Below, in pieces: positions 50,376-59,760 of a stretch of 64,000 nucleotides of DNA (position 1 is its first letter; every line of letters starts with the position of its first letter). The notes beneath the pieces were generated by a model that did not search any database, was not told the DNA's origin, and saw only the letters and a list, made by a program, of their open reading frames with translations. The position numbers and the translations under genes were made by a program. Source of the stretch: Actinomycetes bacterium (lineage in GTDB: Bacteria; Actinomycetota; Thermoleophilia; RBG-16-64-13); assembly GCA_024637095.1 (NCBI GenBank), contig JAGXFV010000024.1:770-64769 (forward strand), given 5' to 3'.

Positions 50376-50971
50376 CGGTTCTCCTCGTAGCCTAGGACCC
50401 GCAAGGCAAGTTCGGTCGCCGCACCTATGGCTTCCGGCATCTCAGTCGCCGGCGTTCCCGCCAGCTCCGCGCTGTTGAGCCCGCCGAGAATGAACCAGGC
50501 GGCAGCACGGGGATCCGGCACGTCAAAGACACCCTCTTCTACACCCTGAACAACGATCGATTCGACGGTCTGAAGTAGGCGCGGTACGAGGTTCTCGGTC
50601 AGGCGATAGTGCAGTAGCCGATTCTCCGGACGGTGGATGAACTCGGCGAGCTCGACAGACGACTGATGAGCATCGATTCCGCTAAGGATGTCGCGTAGGC
50701 GGAGGAGCTTAGCGACCGGGTCCACGCCCGTCCTTTCAATGGCCGCCTCTATGTCCGCCATCAGAGCTTCGACCATCTGCTCGGCTACTGCCAAAACGAT
50801 CTCTTCTTTCGAGTCGAAATAGAGATAGAAGGTGCCCTGGGCGATGCCGGCGGCCCGGACGATGTCACTTACCGATGTGTTGGCCACTCCACGCTCGGCG
50901 AACACCTGCGCCGCGACTGAGCCAAGTCCGGCGCGTCGTGCAACCTTATCTACGGTGGGACGAGGGGCCAC
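50372..50971 (-). CDS. TetR/AcrR-family transcriptional regulator, first gene of the tetR-ABC operon
   Basis: 199 aa; N-terminal HTH ...VAAQVFAERGVANTSVSDIVRAAGIAQGTFYLYFDSKEEI. Confidence 0.85.
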   Translation of the reverse strand: MAPRPTVDKVARRAGLGSVAAQVFAERGVANTSVSDIVRAAGIAQGTFYLYFDSKEEIVLAVAEQMVEALMADIEAAIERTGVDPVAKLLRLRDILSGIDAHQSSVELAEFIHRPENRLLHYRLTENLVPRLLQTVESIVVQGVEEGVFDVPDPRAAAWFILGGLNSAELAGTPATEMPEAIGAATELALRVLGYEENR

Positions 50972-51315
50972 CGAGTAGCCTCCAGAAGGAATGGTGATTG
51001 TGACTGACTGTCAGTCATAATATCACGCATTCCTCCTGCCGCCTGGGCAATCGCGAACATCCCGATTCTGACGGTCTAAACCACGGACCCCGAGGTCCAA
51101 TTTCTCATCAATACCCGTTCAGCTCGAGTCGCTGTCGAGCCGACGGAGGGGGGAGAGTCTTCGAAACAGCGACGAGTACGGCGCTGCCAGGCTTCCATCT
51201 TCATCCAACCTTCTCCCCAGTTTGAGCCTAGCACCCACCATGTATCAGCGAAGCGCCCGCGGCGGTCTCGTCAGGTGCAAGCCCAAGTTGAATCGCGGCG
51301 ACCATGCTGTGATGG

Positions 51316-51525
51316 TCAGCCCTGCAGAAAGGCCCTGATCGAGCTCGCGATGCGGTCGGGTGCCTCCAACGTCAACAGGTGGCCCGCATCTTCAACGATC
51401 TCGAAGGTGACGTTCGGCGCGGATGCGACGACTGATCGGACCGACTCAGGACGCACGAAGTTGTCGTCCGATCCCCAGAGCAACAGGGTCGGCACGCCGT
51501 CGGCAGGGAAGGGATCAAGCAGGTT
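51316..51525 (-). pseudogene. C-terminal ~70-aa fragment of an alpha/beta-hydrolase-fold protein; a remnant with no N-terminal catalytic part
   Basis: ...FPADGVPTLLLWGSDDNFVRPESVRSVVASAPNVTFEIVEDAGHLLTLEAPDRIASSIRAFLQG is the canonical tail of abhydrolase_1 proteins; the upstream part of the ORF is antisense to the cytochrome c fragment. Confidence 0.55.
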
Positions 51526-52047
51526 GTGTTGCAGCCGGAGGTAGTCTTCAAGGACTCCATCCGGAAGATGCCCAACCTGGACGTCACCGAGCAGGAGGCC
51601 ACGGACTTGGCCGCCTTCCTCGAGTGGGTGTCCAACATCGACAATCACGACTGGCCGCCGCAGGACTCTGAGGACCGCATGTCGGCCGCCGAGCGTAGGG
51701 CCACAGGCGTCGGCCTCTCCCGGGGCGCTTCCGCCTTCCAGCAGAACTGCATGGGTTGCCACTCCATCGGCGGCGCAGGCGGCAGCATCGGCCCGGCCCT
51801 CGACAACGTCGGTGCCAAGTACGACCAAGCCACTATCGAGGCCATCATCGTCGACCCGGAGTCGGTGAACCCCGGCGCTACGATGCCTCCGCAGTCGAAC
51901 GTGAGTGACGCTGACCGTCAAGCCATCGGCGAGTTCCTCGCCAAACAACGGGATGCGGATTCTGCGGGGTCACGGGGAGACAGTATGCCAGGCGGGGGCG
52001 GAGAGTATGCGTTGCGGCCGCCCCATTTCCGGAGGTGTACAGAATGA
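51526..52047 (+). pseudogene. Fragment of a c-type cytochrome: a C-terminal mono-heme domain CMGCH...M with no signal peptide, probably N-terminally truncated
   Basis: ...GASAFQQNCMGCHSIGGAGGSIGPALDNVGAKYDQATIEAIIVDPESVNPGATMPPQ...; starts MLQPEVVFKD with no secretion signal. Confidence 0.5.
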
Positions 52048-52230
52048 CCTTGTCGATCAACCTCGAGCAGACGGGCCCCGGCTGCTCGGTCGTTCGGTCG
52101 ATCCCCCGGGCGGCCTCGCTTGTCCGATGGGTTTGGGGACCAAGTTCAGCCATGGCGAAGAGATACTGCTGCGCGGAGCCTCGCTCGGAGGACGGGATAA
52201 CGCCCTTCCCGCTCAGCCAGGCCGTGGCTT

Positions 52231-52656
52231 TCAGTCCGTTGTTCCGGCGACCGCCGCGAGCAGTTCGTACGGAGCGAATACTGGGATGGTTGCTTTAGCG
52301 AAGTCGCGGCCGTTGCGCGTTACGATGGCACCGACGCCGGCAGCGTGAGCCGCCTCGTGCGCCACCGCGTCCTCGTAGTCGCCAAAGCCGTCGTCGTCGA
52401 GGGCGCGCTGAAGCACGTCGCGGTCCACCGGCGCAACCTCGAACAGGCTCAGCAGCGTACGGATATGGTCATGAGCGCGCCTGCGCCCCAGGTCCTTGGC
52501 TCCGACGTAGTGCAAGGTGGTTACCGCGGTGGCGCAGATCGCCCCCCCGATGCGACCGTTGTCCACAAGAGCAATAAGCTTGGTGGCCTCTTGGACGTGG
52601 GGCTCCCTCTCAAGCAGGACGTCGAGCAGGACGTTGGCGTCGAACAACACTCTCAC
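52231..52656 (-). CDS. vapC: PIN-domain ribonuclease toxin (VapC-like)
   Basis: 141 aa MRVLFDANVLLDVLLEREPH...; conserved acidic residues D6, E36, D... Confidence 0.8.
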   Translation of the reverse strand: MRVLFDANVLLDVLLEREPHVQEATKLIALVDNGRIGGAICATAVTTLHYVGAKDLGRRRAHDHIRTLLSLFEVAPVDRDVLQRALDDDGFGDYEDAVAHEAAHAAGVGAIVTRNGRDFAKATIPVFAPYELLAAVAGTTD

Positions 52657-52895
52657 CGGTACTTCTCCTCAAGGCGGCGCCGGTAGTCCTCCTCAGTCGT
52701 AGTCGCTCCCTTGAAGCCCCCTATAAGGGAACGGACACGGGGGCTGATCTCCGTCCCGGGTATTTCCTCTTCCGCGTCTAGCAGCGAGAAGTAGTCGGCG
52801 ACGATCTGGGACACGGATTTTCCCGCACGGTCCGAGTAACGCTTGGCCTTGCGGATCAGTTGGTCATCGAGCCTGAGTGTGAGTTTCGTGTTCAT
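52653..52895 (-). CDS. Antitoxin for the adjacent PIN toxin (80 aa, ribbon-helix-helix/CopG-like N-terminus); ATGA overlap with vapC
   Basis: MNTKLTLRLDDQLIRKAKRYSDRAGKSVSQIVADYFSLLD...; the start is corrected to ATG 52895. Confidence 0.7.
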   Translation of the reverse strand: MNTKLTLRLDDQLIRKAKRYSDRAGKSVSQIVADYFSLLDAEEEIPGTEISPRVRSLIGGFKGATTTEEDYRRRLEEKYR

Positions 52896-52975
52896 GGCGC
52901 AACCTCTAGACGTATTGACGGTACAAATATTATACGTCACTGCGCGTCCCAGGCAAGCCGACAGATCACGGGAGC
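52896..52975 (-). promoter_or_regulatory. Promoter and operator of the TA module. The minus strand has TTGCCT-16-TATAAT, and an inverted repeat CGTAT...ATACG overlaps the -10.
   Basis: revcomp of 52920-52975: ...ggcTTGCCTgggacgcgcagtgacgTATAATatttgtaccgtcaatacg... Confidence 0.5.
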
Positions 52976-53147
52976 CGAAGGCCCGCCTCTGGTCTTCCCA
53001 CCGCATTTGGCAGCCGCGAGGCAGGTCGTCGCTGCCGCACTTGCGGGCGGGACAGCGCCCATCATGTCTCAGGATAGTCGCTGACGTGCCTGACGCCGAT
53101 CTCGCCCGCAGGTTGCTCTGCCGCTAAAGAGCCGGGAGAAAGGCCGG

Positions 53148-53585
53148 GTGGTAAGCGTGTGGGCGTCTGTGCCACGGCCGTCTCCGCCGAGGAGGGGGCG
53201 GCCTGGACCGCCTTATTGCGCGACTTGGTGGCCCGCGGCCTTGCCGGCGTTAAGCTCGTCGTCTCCGATGATCACCGGGGCCTCACCGGCGCCGTCTTTG
53301 CCGTGCTTCCCCGGCACCTCGTGGCAAAGGTGCCGGACCCACTTCATGCGAAACGTCCTTACGAAGGTCCCCTGGAATGCCCCCACTCTCCGTACCACCC
53401 GCAGGCTGGGCCACCGTCTAGTTGTAATGCCCCCGAACAGCGCGGAGGCGAGACCCATCCGGGTGGGCTCCCGCGCATGTCGCGTTGGCGCGCTTGGAGT
53501 CGGACAACCGGGGGAAGCTATTTCTCGGGCCGGGGGGCCGGCCTGCGACTGCCCGCCACCCTCGTCAGGAGTCCCGTTTGAATGA
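53148..53585 (+). mobile_element. Frameshifted internal fragment of an IS256-family (Mutator-like) transposase; a remnant with no terminal inverted repeats
   Basis: Two overlapping plus-strand frames: ...AWTALLRDLVARGLAGVKLVVSDDHRGLTGAVFAVLP (53159 frame) and ...PGTSWQRCRTHFMRNVLTKVP (53148 frame). They match the DDE-region consensus (...ISDDHKGL...QRCxVHfmRNvl...) of IS256 transposases. Confidence 0.7.
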
Positions 53586-54555
53586 GGAAAACCCGCGCTT
53601 CGCCCCCCGCCCGGACACTCCCGTCGTCCTGTCCACGCACGGGTTGACAAAGGACTTCAGGGACGTCCGGGCCGTCGACGACCTCGATCTGGCGGTCTGC
53701 CGGGGCGACGTCTTCGGCTTCCTGGGCCCGAACGGGGCGGGAAAGACGAGCACCATCCGCATGATCTTCGGGCTGATCTACCCCACCGAGGGGCACGTGG
53801 AGATCTTGGGGCACCGAGTGCCTGACGAGCGGCAGGAGGCCCTCCGCCACGTCGGCGGGTTCGTCGACGACCCCATCTTCTACGGCAACATGAGCGCCCG
53901 GCGCAACCTCCGCCTGTTCGGCGGAATGAACGGCCCGGTCAGCGAAGAGCGGATCGGCGAGGTGCTCGAGATGGTCGGGCTCTCGACGCGAGCCGATTCG
54001 AAGGTTGGCGGTTACTCCCACGGTATGCGGCAGCGCCTCGGCATCGCCCTCGCCCTGATCCACCGTCCCGATATCGTCGTGCTCGACGAACCCACCAGCG
54101 GCCTCGATCCGGCCGGGATGAGGGACGTCCGGGGGCTGGTCCGGGACCTGGCGACGACGGGCACGACGGTGTTCCTGTCGTCGCACCTCCTCCACGAGGT
54201 GGAACTCGTCGCCAATCGTGCCGCCGTCATCACCCGGGGAAGGCTCGTCCGGCAGGGGGCGGTGTCCGAGCTCCGGCCGGCCAGGTCGGCCGTGAGGATC
54301 AAGACGGGCGACCAGGCTCGCGCCTGGGAGGTGCTGCGGTCCTTCGGCGGCGCCGGTGGGCTAGTCGAGGAGGAGGAATACATTCGGGTCTCGGCGCCGG
54401 ACGACCAGGTCCCCGAGATGGTGCGCCGACTCGTCGCCGCGGGTGCCGATGTCGAGGCCGTTATCCCCTCGTTCGAGCAGGGGTTGGAGGAGATGTTCCT
54501 CGAGATGACGGACGCGGATGAATCCAAGGGCGCGGGGGCGCCGACCGAGGGATGA
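53578..54555 (+). CDS. ABC transporter ATP-binding protein (ABC-2 exporter type)
   Basis: GPNGAGKTSTIRMI, LSGYSHGMRQRLGIALAL, IVVLDEPTSGLD; start TTG 53578 with GGAG 6 nt upstream (the ORF track start is over-extended). Confidence 0.8.
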   Translation: MNEENPRFAPRPDTPVVLSTHGLTKDFRDVRAVDDLDLAVCRGDVFGFLGPNGAGKTSTIRMIFGLIYPTEGHVEILGHRVPDERQEALRHVGGFVDDPIFYGNMSARRNLRLFGGMNGPVSEERIGEVLEMVGLSTRADSKVGGYSHGMRQRLGIALALIHRPDIVVLDEPTSGLDPAGMRDVRGLVRDLATTGTTVFLSSHLLHEVELVANRAAVITRGRLVRQGAVSELRPARSAVRIKTGDQARAWEVLRSFGGAGGLVEEEEYIRVSAPDDQVPEMVRRLVAAGADVEAVIPSFEQGLEEMFLEMTDADESKGAGAPTEG

Positions 54556-55376
54556 ACGTGGGCCACCTCAGACGCGAGTTCACGAAGGTGATCTTCCAGA
54601 AGCGGACCTACATCGGGTGGGGAGGCCTGTTCGTCGTCCCCTTCGTGGTCGCGACAGCCATCAGCCTCACGTCGGGCCCTCTGCACGGTAACCGACAGGA
54701 CGTCATGGAGATCCTGGTCTCAAACATGCAGTCGAACGGCCTCTACCTGCCCATCGTGCTGCTCAGCATGCTCGGTTCCTTCTTCATACCGCTGCTGGCT
54801 GCTGTCGCCGGCGGTCAGACCATCGCGGGGGAGGCGGAGAAGGGCACGCTCCGGACGGTGCTGATGCAGCCGGTGCGGCGCAGCGCGGTGCTATTGGGCA
54901 AATGGCTCGTGGCCAACGTCTACATGCTGATCGGCCTGGCGCTCCTGGCCGGGGCCGCCGTTGTCGCCGGTGCCGCGTTCTTCGGGCTCCACCCCCTCAC
55001 GCTGCTCTCGTTGCAGACGATCGGGAGTGGCGAGAGCGCGCTTCGCATCCTGGTGGCCTACGGGTACGTGTTCGCCGCGACCATTGCGGTGGTGTCACTG
55101 GCGCTGATGTTCTCGACGTTGACCGACTCCAGCCTGACCGCCGTCGCGGGCGCCCTGGTGCTGGTGATCGTCATGCTGGTGCTGCAGCAGTTCAGCGCCT
55201 TCGACTTCATCAACCCGTACCTGTTGTCGTCGCACCTGGAGGGCTGGACCACCCTCCTTCGGGAGCCGATCGACTGGAGCCCGATCTGGAAGGGCCTCGC
55301 CACCTTCGCCGCCTGGACCGTTGCCACGATCTCCATCAGCCTGCTCTGGTTCCGCCAGAAGGACATCCTCTCCTAG
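54552..55376 (+). CDS. ABC-2 family permease (6 TM); ATGA overlap with the ATPase gene
   Basis: 274 aa, hydrophobic throughout. Confidence 0.75.
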   Translation: MNVGHLRREFTKVIFQKRTYIGWGGLFVVPFVVATAISLTSGPLHGNRQDVMEILVSNMQSNGLYLPIVLLSMLGSFFIPLLAAVAGGQTIAGEAEKGTLRTVLMQPVRRSAVLLGKWLVANVYMLIGLALLAGAAVVAGAAFFGLHPLTLLSLQTIGSGESALRILVAYGYVFAATIAVVSLALMFSTLTDSSLTAVAGALVLVIVMLVLQQFSAFDFINPYLLSSHLEGWTTLLREPIDWSPIWKGLATFAAWTVATISISLLWFRQKDILS

Positions 55377-55427
55377 CGGTGAGGTGACGGTGAAACCCAG
55401 CGACGGCTCGGCATGCCGGGTGCTCTT

Positions 55428-55922
55428 CTAGCGGGCGGCGCGTCCGCCGAGCAGCCGCGCGTAGGTCGCGCTGAGCTCGAGGTCGAAGGAGACGAATGTC
55501 GAGGTCTCCGGATCCCAGAAGAGAATCGCGTCTTCGTCCTCTGCCACCCGGGCCCAGCCGTTGCCCAATTGCACCCAGATGAGCTGTCCTATGGCGTCGA
55601 CACGCTCCGTCGGAGGCCTGTCCGCCTTCGCCCGAAGATGGCCATCGGCGTCCCGGCCGCGGTCGAGCCGAGCAGACAAGGCCACGTGGCGGCGGGCCTC
55701 GGCGACGACGAGGTCGGACAGCCAGGGGTCGGCCTCTTCTGTGACCCCGGAGCGATCCCGCCTGACCGAGAGCGAGCCGGCGACCACCCGGTCCCAGAGG
55801 AGGCCGGCCGCACGGGTCCGGCGCCCGGGGTCGGCGTGGGCGGGGAGCTCGGCTTCGGCTGTCCTATAGAGCAGCCGCCAGAGCCAGCAGTGGGGACCTT
55901 CGGTACGGGCGGGTAGCTGCAT
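55428..55922 (-). CDS. Hypothetical protein (~164 aa); no recognisable motif
   Basis: MQLPARTEGPHCWLWRLLYRTAEAELPAHADPGRR...GQLIWVQLGNGWARVAEDEDAILFWDPETSTFVSFDLEL. Confidence 0.4.
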   Translation of the reverse strand: MQLPARTEGPHCWLWRLLYRTAEAELPAHADPGRRTRAAGLLWDRVVAGSLSVRRDRSGVTEEADPWLSDLVVAEARRHVALSARLDRGRDADGHLRAKADRPPTERVDAIGQLIWVQLGNGWARVAEDEDAILFWDPETSTFVSFDLELSATYARLLGGRAAR

Positions 55923-56320
55923 GGATGCCTCCTCATTGCGAGGGCGGTGGTCGGTTTTCGCGGACACACGCTCTTCGGCAGTCACGACCGCCCCCTCGCA
56001 GGGTAGCAAGCCGTGTCGTGTGACCGGGCTCGAACCGGCCGCCGCTGCCGGGCTGCTAGGATTCTAGAGGCCGTAGATGCTGGGGCGAACCGATCGCGCA
56101 GCGAGGAGTTGGGGGGATGATCGCGCTGGAAGAGGGCCGAGGGGCGTCGTTCGTGGCGCCCGGTCGCGTGCGCGCCCTGCTTTCCTAGTCTCCCCTCCGG
56201 ATGAGGAACCGCTTGTACGGCACTCAGCGGGATTCGGAGGGCTTCCTACGAGAGTCCGAGTCAGGTGGTCTCGACCAACGGCTACGCCCTCACGAGCCCC
56301 GACGTCGATCTGAACATCGG

Positions 56321-57028
56321 TTACCCCGCGGTGGCTTCGTTCTGCACGGCGGGGGCGTCCTGTTTTGGGACCGCCTCCATCTGGGCGTCGAGGCTGGCTT
56401 CGAAGGCCTGCGCGGCCTCGGAACCGTTGGCCGCGAGAACCTCGGGTTTCGCGTCGTCCCACGTGGAGAACGTCCGGTCTAGTTCCTGCCCGGCGGCGTC
56501 TAAGTCGTTGGCCTTGACGTCGATGATCACCTGGCGCTCTTGCGCGTCGAGGCGGCCGATGGCGGCAGGCACTGCCGGGTGGTAGAGGGCGAAGAGGTCT
56601 ACGACGGCGAAGCTCACGTCGTTGGCGGTCTGCTCGGTGACGATTTCGTCATCGGCTTGGGCTGCCTTCGCCAAGGCCTCGAGGGCGGAGTGCATGGCGT
56701 CGACTTGGGCCTGGGCGGCGCCGTCAGAGACGGCCTGCGCCTCGTACTCAGCCCACGCATCGGTCATGTCCGTTACTTCCCCCTGTATGGCGGCCCAGCC
56801 CCCTCCCGGAATTTTGTCGATGATGTCCTCGGCGCCGGCCTCTATCGTGTCGAGGGGCGGCGGGACGACGCCCGTGGTTGCCGGTTCCGCGGCGGAGGTC
56901 GTCGTCTGCTCCGGCATGGATGGAGGGGCGGCGGAACTGCAGCCGGCCAGCGCCGCCATCAGTATCACCGAGCCCAAGGCAAGCGCCGCCTTCTTCCAAT
57001 AACCGCTGAGATCCAAGGTCTGCTCCAT
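56321..57028 (-). CDS. Lipoprotein (signal peptide plus lipobox LAGC), Ala/Asp/Gln-rich, hypothetical
   Basis: MEQTLDLSGYWKKAALALGSVILMAALAGCSS... Confidence 0.6.
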   Translation of the reverse strand: MEQTLDLSGYWKKAALALGSVILMAALAGCSSAAPPSMPEQTTTSAAEPATTGVVPPPLDTIEAGAEDIIDKIPGGGWAAIQGEVTDMTDAWAEYEAQAVSDGAAQAQVDAMHSALEALAKAAQADDEIVTEQTANDVSFAVVDLFALYHPAVPAAIGRLDAQERQVIIDVKANDLDAAGQELDRTFSTWDDAKPEVLAANGSEAAQAFEASLDAQMEAVPKQDAPAVQNEATAG

Positions 57029-57112
57029 TCGTCGTGGGGTCCGCAGCCCGGGCTGGGGCGGCTCCACTGAGTGAAGCCGCCCCCGAACCGTCGGTTGGAT
57101 GGCTAGGCGGTG

Positions 57113-57472
57113 TTATTCCTGGCCGTCGAACTCGTGGCTCGCGTTGGGATTCTCTGGTTCGTCGGCGTGGCCTCCGGGGCCGTCATCCTCGGTAGCCGAT
57201 TCATGGTCGCCGGATTCCGGCTCCTCGGCTTCGCCGACCTCGTTGGCGTCTTCGGCACCGTTCTCCTCTTGGACGTCATCGAAGTCCGTGGCCTCAAGTT
57301 GCTGCGCTGCGGCGCGGGTCAGATCGGGTGACGACGCCTCCTCCTGGACCATGGTAGTCGCAGGGTCGGCGGGGGTCGCGGGAGCCGCGGCGTGGGCCAG
57401 CGTGCCCCCGCCCACGGCCATTCCGGCGACGGTGAGCGCGATCGCTGCCGCCTTGAACACTCGGTTCTGCAT
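57113..57472 (-). CDS. Small secreted, extremely acidic protein (119 aa; signal peptide, then a D/E-rich sequence)
   Basis: MQNRVFKAAAIALTVAGMAVGGGTLAHAAAP...QEEASSPD...EENGAEDANEVGEAEEPESGDHESATEDDGPGGHADEPENP. Confidence 0.55.
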   Translation of the reverse strand: MQNRVFKAAAIALTVAGMAVGGGTLAHAAAPATPADPATTMVQEEASSPDLTRAAAQQLEATDFDDVQEENGAEDANEVGEAEEPESGDHESATEDDGPGGHADEPENPNASHEFDGQE

Positions 57473-57654
57473 CGGGTTCTCCTTTCGAGAGTTTCAGGGA
57501 TGATGCATTCGCAGTGTACGAGGCGTTCCTGAGATAACGCTGAGTGCAGGTCTACGACGGACCCGCCTGCCTCGCCGGGGAGCGACCCTTCGCTTCCCCG
57601 GATTGGGACAGGACTCTCATCCCGCGTTCATGTTTGGCTGCAACAATCGTGCGC

Positions 57655-58329
57655 ATGCGTGTCTTGGTGGTTGAAGACGAGGTGAAGATGGCGGCGCTCA
57701 TCCGGCGCGGCTTGGAAGAAAACGGTCAGGCTGCAGACGTGGCCGGCACGGGAGAAGAAGCACTGGTGCGGGCAGGCTCGACCGAATACGACGCCATCAT
57801 CCTCGACGTAATGCTTCCGCAGATCGACGGGTTCGAGGTCTGCCGGCGGCTTCGGCAGAATTCCGTCTGGGCTCCGGTGCTCATGCTGACTGCTCGGGAT
57901 GCAGTCGAAGACCGAATCGCCGGCCTGGACACGGGCGCCGACGACTACCTCACCAAGCCGTTTTCCTTCGCCGAACTGCTGGCTCGCCTCCGGGCGCTGG
58001 TTCGTCGGGGGCCGCTGGAACGCGAGGCCGTCCTATCGGTGGGCTCCCTGCGGCTCGATCCCGCGACGCACCAGGTCTGGCGCGGAGAATCCGAGGTACA
58101 ACTCTCCGCCAAGGAGTTCTCCCTGCTCGAGACCTTCATGCGCCAACCGGGGCGGGTCTTCTCTCGTTTCGAGCTGCTCGAGCATGCTTGGGATTACAGC
58201 TATGAGAACCGGTCGAACATCATAGAGGTCTACGTCCGCTACCTGCGGGAGAAGGTGGATCGGCCCTTCGGCGTGCGCTCCATACAAACGGTTCGCGGGT
58301 CCGGCTACCGGCTACGGGATGACATTTGA
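57655..58329 (+). CDS. OmpR-family response regulator (REC plus winged-helix)
   Basis: MRVLVVEDEVKMAALIRRGLEENGQ...DAIILDVMLPQIDGFEVCRRLR...; start ATG 57655 (the ORF track is over-extended). Confidence 0.9.
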   Translation: MRVLVVEDEVKMAALIRRGLEENGQAADVAGTGEEALVRAGSTEYDAIILDVMLPQIDGFEVCRRLRQNSVWAPVLMLTARDAVEDRIAGLDTGADDYLTKPFSFAELLARLRALVRRGPLEREAVLSVGSLRLDPATHQVWRGESEVQLSAKEFSLLETFMRQPGRVFSRFELLEHAWDYSYENRSNIIEVYVRYLREKVDRPFGVRSIQTVRGSGYRLRDDI

Positions 58330-59705
58330 GATTCACGAGGCTGAGGCGGCTGCCCATACGGGTGCGACTGGCCCTCGCATTCACCGTAGCGATGGCGCTG
58401 GTCCTTGGGATCGTGGGTTTCTTCGTCTACGAGGGCGTCTCCGGAGCCGTTGACCGGAGCATCGACTCGGGTCTGACTGCCCGGGCGGGGGACATCACGG
58501 CGCTCGTACGACAGGCCGACTCCGGCCTGCGCCAGGGTGGAGGCGCCGTACTCGGCGATCAGGATGAGAGCTTCGCGCAGGTTCTCGATTACGACGGCAG
58601 GATCTTCGATTCCACCCCGCAACTCGCCGACAAAGCCATTCTCTCACGCGTCCAATTGGGACAGGCCGTAGCTGGGGCGACCTTCTTCGACGGCGTTCTG
58701 ATTCCAGGCATGGAGGATCCGGCCAGGCTCCTGGCGGTCCCCACGGTGGCTCAGGACCGGGGGCTCGTCGTGGTGGTGGGCGCGTCTCTCGAAGGTCGGG
58801 AGGAAACCCTCTCGCAGCTCTTCACTCGGCTGTCGGTGTGGGGGCCCGTCGCTCTTCTTCTGAGCTCGTTCCTGGCGTACGTGTTGGCCACGGCGGCTCT
58901 ACGGCCGGTGGAGCTCATGCGGCGCGAAGCGTCGGCCATATCCGCCGCCGAGCCGGGTCGGCGTTTGCCGGTCCCGGAGGCTCGGGACGAGCTCGCTCGG
59001 CTGAGCACGACGCTGAACGAGATGCTTGCCCGCCTCGAAGCGGCGATGGAGACTGAGCGTACTTTCGTTTCCGACGCCAGCCACGAACTGCGAACTCCGC
59101 TCTCGCTGCTCAAGACCGAATTGGAGCTTGCGCTCGCCCAGAAACGTTCGACAGCCGAACTCGAGGAGGCGCTTCGCTCGGCCGCCTTCGAGACCGATCG
59201 TCTGACTCAATTGGCGGAGGATCTCCTCGTCCTCGCGCGCGCCGACCAGGGCAGGCTCCAGATCAGAAGCGAGGAGATCGATATCAGGCGAATCCTGGAA
59301 GGTGTGCGCGACAGGTTCGCGCTGCGGGCTGGAGATCTCGAACGCGACCTGACCGTCGCCGCCCCTCCAAGTTTCGTGGTTCGCGTCGATCGGCTTCGCA
59401 TGGAGCAGGCCCTCTCCAACATCGTGGACAACGCGCTTCGGCACGGAGAAGGCACGGTTGAGCTGCAGGCCGAAGAGGTGGAGGGCAGTCTCGAAGTCCA
59501 TGTCCTGGACGAGGGCCCGGGCTTCCCCGCCGAGTTCATCCCCCGGGCCTTCGAACGTTTTGCCCGTGACGAATCCCGCTCGGAACGGGGGGCGGGCCTC
59601 GGTCTGGCTATCGCAGCTGCCATCGCCGAGTCCCACGGCGGGTCTATGCGCGTTGGGAACCGGGACTCGGGAGGTGCCGATGTCTGCATGTTCTTGCCGG
59701 CTTGA
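58326..59705 (+). CDS. Sensor histidine kinase (2 TM, HAMP, HisKA, HATPase_c); 4-nt overlap with the regulator gene
   Basis: H-box VSDASHELRTPLSLL; N/G boxes ...NALRHGEG...LDEGPGFP...GAGLGLAIAAAIA. Confidence 0.9.
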   Translation: MRFTRLRRLPIRVRLALAFTVAMALVLGIVGFFVYEGVSGAVDRSIDSGLTARAGDITALVRQADSGLRQGGGAVLGDQDESFAQVLDYDGRIFDSTPQLADKAILSRVQLGQAVAGATFFDGVLIPGMEDPARLLAVPTVAQDRGLVVVVGASLEGREETLSQLFTRLSVWGPVALLLSSFLAYVLATAALRPVELMRREASAISAAEPGRRLPVPEARDELARLSTTLNEMLARLEAAMETERTFVSDASHELRTPLSLLKTELELALAQKRSTAELEEALRSAAFETDRLTQLAEDLLVLARADQGRLQIRSEEIDIRRILEGVRDRFALRAGDLERDLTVAAPPSFVVRVDRLRMEQALSNIVDNALRHGEGTVELQAEEVEGSLEVHVLDEGPGFPAEFIPRAFERFARDESRSERGAGLGLAIAAAIAESHGGSMRVGNRDSGGADVCMFLPA

Positions 59706-59760
59706 CTGGGCGGTGCAGGCCGGTCATCTGGCAGACAGAGCTCGCATCCCTCGCCGATCT

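Noticed and set aside
51316-51948. Full-length 210-aa minus-strand ORF as an intact hydrolase
   Set aside because: Only the C-terminal ~70 aa resemble a protein (the alpha/beta-hydrolase tail). The N-terminal 140 aa are antisense to the cytochrome c fragment.
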